This document shows positions 47,304-59,873 of a stretch of DNA of 64,000 bases, in pieces. Within the stretch, counting starts at the first letter, position 1. Each line of letters begins with the position of its first letter. The notes under the pieces are model-generated. The model saw only the letters and a program-made list of their open reading frames with translations, did not search any database and was not told the DNA's origin. Source of the DNA: Naegleria gruberi (taxonomy: Eukaryota). The translations under genes were made by a program, and so were the position numbers. Location: NCBI GenBank assembly GCA_000004985.1, contig GG738894.1, one strand, 5' to 3'.

Positions 47304-49998
47304 ATGTCCTCATCGAATAACAATAGCAAAACAATACGTTTCTTTTCGGATACCAATTCGAATACACTTATCAGAAACTCACCATCCAACAATACAAACT
47401 TAAAGGACAACTCTAATCCCATCCTCTCCATCACCACCACCACAACTCCCAACAACAACAAATCCACCACTCAATCTCCTCACCATTTAGACTTTCAACT
47501 TTCTCCAAGTACTTTACAAAACACTCGCAAATTCTCCCTCAACAAGGATATATTAATTTCCATGATCAATAATTCATCTACATCTGCTACATCTCCATCC
47601 TCTTCATCTATAAATTCTCCTTCATCATCTTCATCATCATCACAACAATTAAATAATAATTTTTCATCATCAAATAATTTATTCAATTCCGTTGATCCGG
47701 ATTCGAGGAGGCGGAGTAGTGGCGGAGAAAATATTAATATCGGTAGTGGTAATGGTAGTGGTAATAATAATGCGAGTGTTAATAGTTTGGGAGGTGCAGG
47801 GAATAATTCAGTTCTCTTTTTGAATTTGGACGAAAGATTGGCCATGCAAACACAGAATGAATTGAATTCTTCGAGACCGATCAATCATCAGAGGAATAGA
47901 CATAAGGGATCTGGTGGTATTTCTGAATATTCATTTACGGTGGATGATTTGATATTGCCAAATAGTGATATATCATCACCTAGATTGGCAATTTCAAGTA
48001 ATTTAAATTCGAATATTGTTTCTTCTAATGTTTCGAATGCGAAGAGTCCAACTCCTCATTCAAAATCAAATTCAACGACTACAGCTACCTTTGTACCATA
48101 TATTTCTCCTTTAAATACTTCGAATAGTTTGGAAAGTAATGAATTGGGAACTACAGAATTTGTCAATTTGGATCTCACTTCAATTTTACCTCATGGAAAA
48201 TTATTGAGATTCTTCCTTGTGAATAATCAGGACTATTTCACAGACACTGTCCAATTGAGAAAACACAGCCCCGTCATTGCTCAGGAAATTGATTTCCAGC
48301 AACGATTGAATGAATTTGAAAATCAAAACACTGGATTCTTTTCAGATATTTCCATTAGATTTGTACCGAGTGGAAGAGAGATTCGTGCCCATAAATTCAT
48401 TCTCTCCATGTATAGTCCCGTGTTGGCTACACTGTTTAGTTCGAGATGGAAGGAAACTCATGATAATGTCATTGAGGTTTTGACTGAAGTTAGTAATCAG
48501 AGTGGTGGTGGTGTAAATTTTGAGGAGGTTGACGATGAGCAATTATTTGTGGAAATGATTCTCTGCATGTATAGTGGTCAGATTTATCAAGTGGAGCAAC
48601 ATTTAATTGTTCCATTGTTGGAGTTATCTGACAAGTATCAATTTACAGAATTGTCGAGAGCTTGTGAGGAGTATTTGAGAGTTCACTTGAATGAACACAA
48701 TTGCATTTCATTGCTCTATCTTGCCAATGGAATTTCCATTGAGAATACTCTTCAATCCTCTGCAAATACGAGACTTTCCATTTCATCAACAACTGGAAGC
48801 AAGTATTCAAAGGGAAAGTTTGATCGATTGAAAGAGAGAGCACTCGCCTACATTGATACACATTTCGAGTTGGTTTCCAAGACCAAGGCATTCCTCTTTT
48901 TAGATGTTAACATGTTGATTTTCCTCCTTAATCGTGGTGAGCTCAGAGTTGATTCTGAGGATGTCATTCTCAGTGCCATTTTAAATTGGTGTGATGGTGA
49001 TCTGTGCAATAGGAGAGAACTCTTATTCTCAACTCTATTGGAACATGTTCGATTGTACCACCTCTCTCCCAATCGATTGGCTCATTTGGGTGAAGTATTG
49101 GAAAGGTACACTGGAACATTGGAGAATTCCTCTCTCATGATGCCATGGATGAATAGAATCATGCAAGCCATGTCCTATCAAATGTCTCACACTCTCGGTT
49201 TCCAACTCTCTCAGAGTATGCAACAGAAAATTGCACTCGAATGTCCTCCAAGAAAGAGAGCTACTCAAGATATTACAAGAATTTCAAATTTATTATCACA
49301 GGAGCAATTTTTACAAATTGCAGAGTGGATTAATGAGCAAGGAAAGCAAGGATTGATGAAGGATGTTTCTGAAAGGTTTGTTTCCATTTTCCCACTCTAA
49401 TTGATTAATTTTCTAATAATTTTTTGTAAATATATACTTCACACATTTTACAAATATTTCACACAAATACAATCTCAAACTAATCAGAGAATGGCTACTT
49501 CTCTACAGAGGAACAAGGGATGGTTTTCAAGGTAAAGCTTTCCATGCCAAATGTGATGGAAAAGGTCCAACTTTTTGTGTCATTAAAACAGATAAGGGAT
49601 TTCTATTTGGAGGATTCACATCCAAGAGTTGGCACAGTAACAACACTGATGAGAGTGACGAATGTGCATTTTTATATTCTCTCTACAATCCCTATCTGAA
49701 CAACAAAATGACAAGATTTAAAATCAAACCTGGAATGTCAGCTGCCATTGGATGTTATGCAAACTTTGGAGTAATTTTTGGTGGAGGAAGAGATTTAATT
49801 CTCTATTCTGAAAGTAATATTAACAATTCGAGTCATTGTGAATTCTTTGGCCACACTTATCAATTACCAAATTTAGCAGGAGTTTGCTATGGATCTCTGA
49901 AGAGTAAAACCTTCTTCAATGGAACTGAACAGTTTAGAGTGAATGATTGTGAAGTTTTTGGATTAGTTCCATCCTCAAATAAATTCCTTACCAAGTAA
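47304..49998 (+). CDS. BTB/POZ-BACK protein with a C-terminal TLDc domain; two exons (47304-49375, 49488-49998)
   Basis: S/N-rich N-terminus. BTB is SDISIRFVPSGREIRAHKFILSMYSPVLATLFSS...; the BACK-like region is ...LIFLLNRGELRVDSEDVILSAILNWC.... A 112-nt intron (GTTTGT...AATCAG, phase 2) joins ...KDVSE-R-EWLLLYRGTRDGFQGKAFHAKCDGKGPTFCVIKTDKGFLFGGFTSKSW...FGGGRDLILYSES...EVFGLVPS, a classic TLDc signature. Confidence 0.7.
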
Positions 49999-50115
49999 TA
50001 CTTGTCCTATTTCACATTGAGAATCTTTTTGCATTTCACACACAAGTCAATCGACAGTTAGCTCCATAACAATAACATTTAAATGAGCACACTAACTTGT
50101 TTATAATATTTTGGG

Positions 50116-50550
50116 TTAAACGATTTCACAACAGGTTTTTCTTTCAAATTCTAACAATTCCAATTTTACTTGTTGCAATTCGTCTAAATCTTCCGAATCT
50201 TGAACAGTTTCCACAAAATGTCTATCAATAGATAACAAGACATTCTTCACCTCTTGAAACTTATCGGAGTAATATTGAATTTGATCTTGTTGTTCTCTTG
50301 TTGGATTTTCAACTTTGATTAACATTAGTTTTTCTAGACGAAAGTCAATTAAAGCAATTTTCTTTTCCGTAATTTCTTGATTAGAATACTTGGTTGGTTG
50401 TTGATAGTGATGAGCTGGTTCCTGCAGACCGGTATCTTCGAAAAAGCTTGGAGGACCATAAGGAACAAGTTGTCTGTAGAAAGATGGCATTTTTTTGAGT
50501 TTAGAATAGTTCGTTTCGTGTTCATGATCATTTTTTGTTAGGTGGCCCAA
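50116..50550 (-). CDS. Hypothetical protein (144 aa)
   Basis: ORF only; acidic C-terminal half. Confidence 0.35.
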   Translation of the reverse strand: MGHLTKNDHEHETNYSKLKKMPSFYRQLVPYGPPSFFEDTGLQEPAHHYQQPTKYSNQEITEKKIALIDFRLEKLMLIKVENPTREQQDQIQYYSDKFQEVKNVLLSIDRHFVETVQDSEDLDELQQVKLELLEFERKTCCEIV

Positions 50551-50740
50551 AGGTAATGTGAGAAAAACTTTTTACCATGTGAGAATAAAAGTTAATGAGA
50601 AAGCTGTTCAAAGATCTTTCAATTTTTATGTTTAGCAACCTAACAAAAAATGATCTGACGTCATTAATGATAAATTCAAAATTTATTTACAAGATTATTT
50701 ACAAATATTTCATCACAAAAGAAGGTTTCTACTAATGAGA

Positions 50741-51628
50741 TTACTTTTTCATATCCAAAAGGACAAATTCAGTCATTGAATTCACTCCCTCAATGAATAA
50801 TTCCTCTTCAGTGGATGAATCTGAATGAATGAAACAACCATCTCCTTCTTTCAATGTTACAATTTCTTGATTGTTTCCATGAGAAAGTTTGATTGAAATT
50901 GGGTTTTCTAAATTTGGTGATTTGAATAGTTTCATTTTCAGATAATTGGAAATGAAAGGGTTAGCTTTACGAAGTAAAGAAGAAAACAAACCATTTAGTT
51001 TAGAATCTTCAACTGAAGATGATCCAATTCTACTCATAATTGGAACGTGAATATAAATTTGACGACCAGGTTGCAAAGTATGATTGACTTTCTTTCCAGA
51101 TTCCAATAAACTTGAAAGTACATAAATATCTTGATCAATTCCAATAAATTCTTCACTCAATTTGGCACTTTCGTTTGGAACAATCATTAAACGCAATTGA
51201 TTCAGTTTTTGTTCTGGTGTGAAATCTTTCGTTTGATAATTTGGTTTCGAATTGAAATTTCGAGGTTTCACCCAAATTTGTAAGAATTTGACATGCTCAT
51301 TCTTATCCCTATTAAACTCACTGTGATAAACTCCACTTCCAGCTGAAGTAAACTGAACTGAACCCTTCTTACAAACTTCTGTATTTCCCATAGAATCTGA
51401 ATGAGTCAAATTTCCAGACAAGATATACGAAAATATTTCATAATTCTGATGAGGATGCATTGGAAATCCGCTTGATGGCTCCACTGTATCTTCATTCAAT
51501 ACTCTCAATGGTCCGAATTGAGTAAACTTTTGATTTCGATAGCTTGAAAAGGAAAATGTGTGGTAGGTATCAAGCCAGCCTTCATCATAGTGTCCTCTTT
51601 CTTCTGATGGTCTAATTTCAAATTTCAT
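50741..51628 (-). CDS. Pirin-family cupin protein (YhhW/quercetinase-like)
   Basis: GFPMHPHQNYEIFSYILSGNLTHSDSMGN fits the pirin N-terminal cupin motif HPHRGFETVTYvleG. The 295-aa length suits a bicupin. Confidence 0.8.
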   Translation of the reverse strand: MKFEIRPSEERGHYDEGWLDTYHTFSFSSYRNQKFTQFGPLRVLNEDTVEPSSGFPMHPHQNYEIFSYILSGNLTHSDSMGNTEVCKKGSVQFTSAGSGVYHSEFNRDKNEHVKFLQIWVKPRNFNSKPNYQTKDFTPEQKLNQLRLMIVPNESAKLSEEFIGIDQDIYVLSSLLESGKKVNHTLQPGRQIYIHVPIMSRIGSSSVEDSKLNGLFSSLLRKANPFISNYLKMKLFKSPNLENPISIKLSHGNNQEIVTLKEGDGCFIHSDSSTEEELFIEGVNSMTEFVLLDMKK

Positions 51629-51690
51629 TTTTCTTGTTATTTGGCGCGTGTGTTGTTGTTTGTTTTTTTTTGATTTGAAAAATTGAAAAG

Positions 51691-51706
51691 TTTGTTGGCG
51701 GGAAAG
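51691..51706. promoter_or_regulatory. GC-box TTTGTTGGCGGGAAAG (E2F-like TTGGCGGGAAA) about 70 bp upstream of the pirin ATG, in the bidirectional pirin / cyclase-B intergenic region
   Basis: An isolated GC-rich motif in AT-rich DNA. The same TTGGCGGG core occurs at 17143-17153, about 55 bp upstream of the S10 carboxypeptidase ATG. Confidence 0.25.
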
Positions 51707-52527
51707 ATAAAGAAAATTGTGAGCGCAAGAACTTGCTGGTTAGTGCGCACGGTTTTTGTTGTGCCAATTCCGTTGGTTTTTTATGGGCAAATTGCTGCAC
51801 TTTACAACCTTGTTCACGGAAAAGGGAGTTTTAGTACCAGTTACGGATTCGAAGTACTTGAATGTTGCAAACATGTTGGTTACAAAAAATGGTCCTTAGA
51901 TTGTACTTATGAATGCCTTAATGGATCACTCACATTTTGGAAACAACAATCCTAAAAATCTGGTGGCTATTAATTTTTTTAAATGGTTTTCTATTTTTCT
52001 TTTTTGAATTACTTTTTTTTAAGGATATGGATATGGAGATTGATCAATTAATAGGAGCACTAAGCTTACTTTCCTTGAGTTTAACACTTTTTATGGGGTA
52101 AGAAAGTGCAGGGGTTCGCAATCTGAAGTCAAATTTCTAAAATATCTTGTATTCATCGATAAAGAGGCAAACCCTTATTTCTCAAAAACCCACATTACTT
52201 TTCTCTCAAAGAAAAAACAAATTATCGAGTTTCACATTGGATATTTAAGGTAAATCACCGAGGACTGCCTGTGATTCTCTGCCTTAATTAGAGGTTAAAA
52301 TTTCCAAATAGAGGCACTGGAATGACTCTCCTTAATGAGATACACAACATGAATCACTAACAAACTTTGCTTTAACAACCCTCAAAAAACATAAGCAACT
52401 CTTCATCATCAACCACAACAACAAATTTTGAACTGTTTAAAATTTCTAACCAACATTAATATTAAGGAACATCAAAATCTACAACAGCCATTTAAAAGAA
52501 CAGTAGATTTATATAAAACACAAGAAA

Positions 52528-55500
52528 ATGCAAGCCTCATCTAGTGGACAATTTGAATCCGATGGAGAGGGTTCTGATTTTTTGACAAATAACAATAATA
52601 TTAATGGTGGAGGTGGAGGAACCAATGGTGCTCCCTTAGCAAATCCACAACAAGCAATGAGTAATGTCGGAACGAGTAGTGTTGGTTCGACAGTTTCAAC
52701 TAATACCGATTCTAATCTTTCAAAGAATGTTGTGTCCATGTTTAGAGATCAATTCATTGGATTTATGATATCATTCAATGCAAAAGTATCGAGAATTTCC
52801 AAGCTAAAGTATGGTATCCTTAATATTTTGATATATGTGTACTTGTGGTACGTTACAATGGTACTCTCCTCTTGTCCTTCAAGAATTGATGAAGAAACAT
52901 CTGCATCTGCATCATCATCTTCAACAACATCTTCCTCACATCACTACTTGTGGGGAGAAATACCAGGTTGGATTCATAGAGCCTTATTCTATCCCATAAA
53001 TTTTGGCGTAGAACATTACCCTTACGAGCTAACATTGACAATATCTGCGCTATATCTGCTTGCTGAGGTTATTTGCATTGGACTCTTAGTTCTCTTTCAA
53101 GTGGCCAAGAATAAGGGAAGCAAATGGAGTGAAAAGATTAATTCAATTGCTTCCAAACTGATACTTTTCCTTATTGTGACTTCACATTTTGCATTGTGGA
53201 TTCATACAGTACCTATGGCACCACTCGAATCAATACCACTAGGACACGGTTCATCAACAATAACGAGTAGTTCATCATCATCAAAAACATCTTCTTCAGC
53301 AGAGGAGGACACTTATCTTTACTATTATCCTTCTCTTTCAATTAGTTCAACAGTGAATATTATTTTCATAGTGATTGGTGCACTTGGTGTGGTTTGCAAT
53401 GTTGGAGTGACACTGTTGGGATTCATTCTCACTGCAGAAACTGTTCCACCAATGAAGAAATATTCCTTATTTTCAATTGATAGAGTGGAGCCAACAGCTG
53501 TTCTTCTTTTCACAAATCAATTGAGTGTAATTGTTACTGTTATTGTAACTTCTCATTTGGCAGTCGTGTCGAGTGCATTCAAGATTGTAATCTCTGGAAT
53601 ATGCTTGATTTTCTTCATGAACAAAATACCCCACTACAGAAAGTGGGAGAATTCTTTAATGGTGGGAGTAATGTTTGGAAAGACTTTGGGAAGTATTGGA
53701 CCTCTTGTTTCTGATCTAATAGTCTCGGGCGAAACAAATGCAACTACTCTTGGAGGAGCACTAACTGGTGTCACTATTGGATTGCAAGTAATTGGATTCA
53801 TTATAGGATTCATTGGATTTTACATTTATCTAAGCATGATAACTAGGTCTGTTCGTAAATTCTTATTATCAGAATTTGAGGATAAGAAGAAGGATAAAAT
53901 AGGAGCACAACAAGCATTTGCCTATTTTGAAGAGAATAAGAATATGAAGAAGCTGTCACTCTATATCAAATTATCAATGGGAGAAAATGGTTCTGCAAAC
54001 TTTAATGTGGCCACTCGATTTGTGAGGAATATTGGTGTTTCCAGAAGTATGACCAATGTGGATTTCCTCATTACAGCAGCCATATTCTCTGCATTCCATC
54101 CGGATGTAGATGACCAATTTACATGCATTGCCAATGCCATTCATTTACTTCAGAGAGCTCAAAAACAACATCCATCACTCTCGTTCAAGTACATGATCAT
54201 GTTAAGGCATAAGGAAATTGAGGAGAATATGAATACCATATCTGCTATTAATATTGAATTGAGACAAATGTTACAGACATTGGATAAGAAACAACACTTG
54301 TTACAATATTTCCATAGAGAATTTTACAAGGAACTTTTGAATGAACATCCTTCATTGTCCAAGATGGAAAATATCAATAGAACTATATCCATTATAGTTC
54401 AGGATTGTGATCTCAAGTTTAGAAATTTACTAGTCTCCCATCCTAATGATAAAACCCTATTGAGATCGTACGCCTGTTACTTGGAAACTTGTAGGTGGGA
54501 GAAGGAGCTAGCAGCTGAATACTATGATGATGCCAATCAAATTGAGGAAGAAGAGGCAAGAAAACACCATCATAAGAAGGCAAAGAATAACTTTATGAGT
54601 AGTGACTTTTCAAAGAGAAGAGCCATTCCAACAGCATCAAACAAAGTCGTACCAATATCCAATATGGCTGCTAATTTCGATCGTAAAATTAATGCCTCAC
54701 TGGATTTTGATGTTGTGGAGAAATCGTTAGATCATAAACATGATGAAGAAAATTGGGAATCAGTATCAAATGCAGAGGAGTTATCTAAGAAGGAAGACTT
54801 GTTCAGAATTGCAATCAACACTGAGGATGACCATACTTTTACCAAAATTTGGTTTTCCATATTCACCATGTTCTCTATCATTGTCATTTCTGTAATTATT
54901 GGTTTTGGAATGGGCCAGCTCAAGATTACAACAGACAGAGTTTCACTGCAAGAGAAGGTTTGCTCACTGAGTGGAATTCCTTACCTCATTGTTTCACAAT
55001 TAAGATCAGTGCAGTCCATCTATAGATTCTCTTCCTCTTCGTGGGAGCAAACTCTCAAGGTACCACTGGTTGCAAATATAGCAAAGAATCAATTAAGCAT
55101 GTTGATGGAGAAGGTACAACATGTCAAAGATGCCTCAAACAATGGTGAATTTGTTCCCGAAGTTGTTGAAATGTACAATGAAGTTCGTTGGACGAATATC
55201 ATTCCTATTAAACAACAAACAGAGGAAACAAGCATTCCATTGTACCATAAAGTGAACGGATCGATTGCAGAGTTTGTCGAATCCATGTTGACACAAGCTC
55301 ATGAACTTGAGAAACAGTTTGATAATTTACATGTATTGAATGTTACCATGTCAAATTATAACTTTTTATACTAGTAAGTTTTATATCCTTCATTGAATTC
55401 TCTATAACGTGAAATAGTTATTTGGGAAGAACTGAAATGACAGAAGCTTTTGACTATTTTTGTTCTACCTTCATCAAGAGTTCAGAAAGCACAGAAATAG

Positions 55501-57928
55501 AAGGTCAAAAAGAGTTTTACATTCTCTGTGGTGTTTTGATGGGTACCTATGCTCTACTTGCTTTGATTTATGTAATTGTTTTGAGAACTCAGCTTTTACA
55601 AACATTGAGAATTATTAGATGTATATTCAAGAAGATTCCAAAAGAAGAAAGTGGCAAAATTTTTCATCGTTTTGATAAGAAACTCTATGATGAAATACAT
55701 AAGGAAAATAGAACAGTGTTGACACCTAAGAATCTCTTCCTTGTCACTACCATTTTGATTATTTTGATAACATTCCTTGTGTGTATATTGATCATTATTG
55801 ATTTCGAACAGGGATCACAAGAAATTATGTCCACAATGGTGACAGTCTCATCGCTAAATGATGTTATTACCATTTCTTCAAAGGTTACCTTTACGTTGAA
55901 TGAGTTAATCACAAAAAGTATAATCATGAATGAAAACTGGATTGATTTGAGAGATAGAAACTTGGAAGATTTGAAACAAGCTGCCATAGCATGGAGAGAC
56001 ATTACCATTGGTGGCAGTGAAAATAATTTCAAGCCAACAGTGTTTGGTATTTTACCTGAAATTGATGACTTGTTGGATGGAACCTGCAGCAATAAGACAT
56101 TCCAGGTGTCTGAACCTCTCAATTACACAACAGTCATGTCAGAATTGAGTTGCAGAGGAATGGATCAATTGTTGAATATATTTATGGATAGATCCTATGA
56201 ATTGAGTCAAGATTTTTATTCTAATTACTATGATAAGGAAAGTGCTATGGAGTTGTACTTTACTTACATTTATTTCCTCTCTGTAACTTTCTCAGACAAG
56301 TTATTGGACTTGATAAGTGTGTATGTGAATTTCGCAAAGCATCCAGAAGTTGCCTTAGCAGCGGCATCGACTTCTGTTGGTTTGATATTAATTATCATGT
56401 TGAGCTACTTTGCCTATTCAAATATTTCATCCTATTGGATGGAAAAGCAAAATTTAAGAAGTTTGTTAAATTATATTAATTGGGAATTGATTGAACAAAT
56501 AGACGATTTGAAGCAGTATGCAGTTTCACATAGAATTAAGGAAAATACCTATCAAAGTTTGGAAAAGGTTTCTAGCAAAATTTCCAAGTTCAATGTTTTC
56601 AAATTTGAAGATGGTGACGATGAAGAATCCAACGATCCATTGGCCATGACCAAATCTATTCTATTGGCTGCAGCTGATGGCAGTATCGTTTGTAGTTCAA
56701 ATGGCTCTATTACAATTTTTAATCCAGCAGCTGAAGACATGTTTGGTTTGAAAGGAAGCGAAGTCATGGGAACACACATCACTGATCTATTCTCCATTCA
56801 AGATCAACCTAAAATTGCAAATTTGCTCAAATCCATGAATAGTTCACTAAGTGCCTTCTCTGAAACATTCGAAGCAACAGCTATCCGAAAGAACAAGACA
56901 ATCTTCTCTGTGAAACTCTCAATGAGTGTTTGTATCTTTATGAAGAAGGCCATTGTTTCATGTTTCGTCAAGGATATTACCCCAGAGAAGAAACAAAATG
57001 CTCTCATTGCTGAAGAAAAGAAGAAGAGTGAAGATTTATTATTGAATATTTTACCACTTCCAGTCGCAAATCGATTAAAACAAGGTGAAACATTCATTGC
57101 TGAAAAGTTTACAGATGTCACTGTATTCTTTTCTGATATGGTTGGATTTACCAAAATGTCATCAGGAATGGAACCAGATCAATTGGTTAAAATGTTGAAT
57201 ACCATCGTTAATGAATTTGACAAGCTGACAGAAAAGTATTCCATTGACAAGATTAAAACTATTGGAGACGCCTATTTTAGTGTAGGTGGTTTGCATGCTT
57301 CCAAATCAAGTGATCACCCAGAAAGAATGTTAAGAGTAAGTTGTAATAAGTTTACAAAAAAACGCAATATTCACACAAAACATAGTTCTCAATTGATATC
57401 TTTTTCTTTTTGAACAAATTCAACACAGAGACCAACAACAAGATTAACCTAAGAGTTGGCCTTCATACTGGTGGTTGTGTGGGTGGTGTAATTGGCAGTA
57501 AAAAGTTTGCCTATGATTTGTGGGGTGATACCATTAATACTGCCTCGAGAATGGAATCTACATCCATTGCTGGAAGAATTCAATTATCCAGATCTACCTA
57601 TGAGGTAAGTTTCTTTCTAAAAAGATTACAAGATTATTTCTAATACTATTTTCACCTCAATGTTTAGAGAGTTTTTGATTTGGATTTCCAATTTGAAGAA
57701 AGAGATGGAATTGAAGTAAAAGGAAAAGGATTAATGAAAACCTATCTAGTCCATCAAAAACACCATCCAATTGCTTTTGAAGAAGAACACGAAATGACTC
57801 CAATTATTATTGAACCACAAACTTGTCATCCTCCATTATTGGAATCAAACAACATGTCAACACCACTTCTTGAGGAACATTTGGAAAACAATGATGAAAC
57901 CCTAGAGTATACCATTGTCCAACACTAA
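52528..57928 (+). CDS. Receptor-type class III adenylyl/guanylyl cyclase B (multi-TM, extracellular loop, PAS, cyclase), paralog of cyclase A but lacking the USP domain; four exons
   Basis: Exons are 52528-55373, 55418-57335, 57386-57604 and 57668-57928, with introns of 44, 50 and 63 nt (all GTAAGT...AG). PAS is ILLAAADGSIVCSSNGSITIFNPAAEDMFGLKGSEVMGTHI. Cyclase is FFSDMVGFTKMSS...KIKTIGDAYFSVGGL...HPERMLR|FSIDIFFFLNKFNTETNNKINLRVGLHTGGCVGGVIGSKKFAYDLWGDTINTASRMESTS...STYE|RVFDLDFQFEERDGIEVKGKGLMKTYL. The exon 2/3 junction was set by alignment to cyclase A (ERILRFSIDCFNVIRNYNITSRK...INIRIGIHTG). Confidence 0.8.
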
Positions 57929-58002
57929 GAAAAACCCACAATAAAATTCCATTCCTCAAACCATAGGGATGGAGTCATGTCATTATTCACCCATCAAAAA
58001 AA

Positions 58003-59808
58003 ATGTATCATCATCACAACAGTAGTAGCAGTGGATATGATAATGATAAATCCACAACACCCATTCCCATTGGAGGTGGCAACAACAGCAAATCTCCATC
58101 ATCGTCATCATTAAAATCCTCACCACCAACCTTTTCCTCCTCTCCCAATACTTCAACTTTTCATTCCATAAGTAAAAATCAAGCATCAGCAGTTCCTTCA
58201 ACATTGGTTTTTACTAGAAATTCATCGACAGTATCACCTTCTAGTCCTATTAGTGCTAGTTATAGTGGTGCAAGTGGACAGGTTCATTTTCAATCATCAA
58301 ATTTAACATCAAATGTGACAAGTGAAAGGAAGACTACCATGTTTCATTTTGGAAGAAAGAAATCAGTATTGAAGGCTACTCCGATTATATCACCTCTTTT
58401 GTTACCAACTCCTGATCAATCTAATAATTCGTTTAGTTTAGGTTCGAATAATGCCTTGACAAGTACAAGTAGTGGAATGTCTTCACAAGGATCTACTGGA
58501 AATTTGGAAAGTGTTGGGCAATCATTATTGGAAAATTCTACAATGGCTACTTTTGCTTCATGGGAAGAAGTTAATGGATCCATGCTCAATTCATTCGATT
58601 CATTTTCTTCAGTTTCGTCCAATTCAGGAAGTTTCGATTCAAATTACGAAGAAAGTTCGGAACCTTCTAAAAGATCAAGTGTTGGGAAATCTAGAAAATT
58701 CACAACATTTATTTCGAAAATATTTGGAAAGAATCAAGAAAATGCAATTCAATCAACCTCTCCAAAATCGAATAGAAGCAAAGCCAAGTTTCTCAATTCT
58801 CTATCCGAAACTGATGATTTTTTCAGGGATAGTGCAATGGGAATTGAACCAAGTCCTTCACCATCAACCAGTTCAGGAAGTTTGAAAGGCCACCATGCAG
58901 CATCCAATTCACTAGAGCAACAAGATAGATCATTTACAGATTTGGACACCAAACAAAAATCAATGTTTAATGGATGGTTCCAAGAGAAGGCCTCCATTTT
59001 GGAAGATTTATTCGACAAGGAGGGCTGCGTGTATTTTTACAAGAATCAAATCAAACCAGGTCAGAATAAGAAGAGATCTTCCACCACTCTTAATCTCAGT
59101 TCGAATAGTTCAAGTAGTAATGAAGGAAATGACGATGATGGAAATGGTGATCTCTCCAGGGAGGAAGATGTTTTTGTTGAGAGATTTTTTAGTTGTAAGA
59201 ATTCGGCCATTACAATTTTCGAGAAGGGAACTAAGGATTCTCCTGTCAAGCATTCATTCTCATGGAATCAGAATGTTACATTTAGTTTGGTTCCTACTGA
59301 AAAATCATTTGATACAGTTGTTGCCAAGTCGATTAAGAAAGCCACACGATACAACAGGTCACAATATTTCCTATTTGAAATTAGAGTGGAACAGGGTGAT
59401 AATTTCTATGTGATGGATCCACTCATTCTTGTTGGATTAGTCAGAACTAAAGAGGAACGTGATGATTGGGCTGATTTATTCGAAATTTACTCAATTTACT
59501 CATCACTCAATGTGTTAACAGAGGACGATTTCACACTCTCATCAACCATGACAAGAGAGGAAACTCTTCGTGATTATTTCATTCAGGAATATGAACTTTT
59601 CGATGAATATCAAAATGAAGTGAGAGAACAAGGTGAAAATCAACAAAATTTCAATAACAGAGGAGAAACTGTAATGGACCCTCGATTGTCAACTATTGAA
59701 AATCCATTCGAAGAGACAAATGCATTCCAGAGAGAAATGGAAAAGTCATATACTTTTTTGATTCAATCATTTGATCCATATCTAGCAATTAATTCTCAGT
59801 CTCAATAA
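58003..59808 (+). CDS. Hypothetical Ser-rich protein with a possible PH-like fold in the C-terminal third
   Basis: 601-aa single ORF with a long S/N-rich N-terminus; no catalytic motif. Confidence 0.4.
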   Translation: MYHHHNSSSSGYDNDKSTTPIPIGGGNNSKSPSSSSLKSSPPTFSSSPNTSTFHSISKNQASAVPSTLVFTRNSSTVSPSSPISASYSGASGQVHFQSSNLTSNVTSERKTTMFHFGRKKSVLKATPIISPLLLPTPDQSNNSFSLGSNNALTSTSSGMSSQGSTGNLESVGQSLLENSTMATFASWEEVNGSMLNSFDSFSSVSSNSGSFDSNYEESSEPSKRSSVGKSRKFTTFISKIFGKNQENAIQSTSPKSNRSKAKFLNSLSETDDFFRDSAMGIEPSPSPSTSSGSLKGHHAASNSLEQQDRSFTDLDTKQKSMFNGWFQEKASILEDLFDKEGCVYFYKNQIKPGQNKKRSSTTLNLSSNSSSSNEGNDDDGNGDLSREEDVFVERFFSCKNSAITIFEKGTKDSPVKHSFSWNQNVTFSLVPTEKSFDTVVAKSIKKATRYNRSQYFLFEIRVEQGDNFYVMDPLILVGLVRTKEERDDWADLFEIYSIYSSLNVLTEDDFTLSSTMTREETLRDYFIQEYELFDEYQNEVREQGENQQNFNNRGETVMDPRLSTIENPFEETNAFQREMEKSYTFLIQSFDPYLAINSQSQ

Positions 59809-59873
59809 ATGTGTACAATAAATTTAATTTACAAGAGTATGAGTGATATTGAATTACATTGAAAAATAATTGT

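Noticed and set aside
57336-57413. ORF read-through SCNKFTKKRNIHTKHSSQLISFSF* after HPERMLRV in cyclase B
   Set aside because: Alignment to cyclase A (ERILRFSIDCFNV...) shows the true continuation is FSIDIFFFLNKF... in another frame after a 50-nt GTAAGT...CATAG intron. The read-through peptide is intron-encoded.
57983-58204. Minus-strand Cys/His-rich 73-aa ORF
   Set aside because: It overlaps the 5' end of the long plus-strand ORF 58003-59808 and reads antisense through a Ser/Gly-rich codon region. The Cys/His richness is an artefact of complementing TCA/TCC/GGT-rich sequence.
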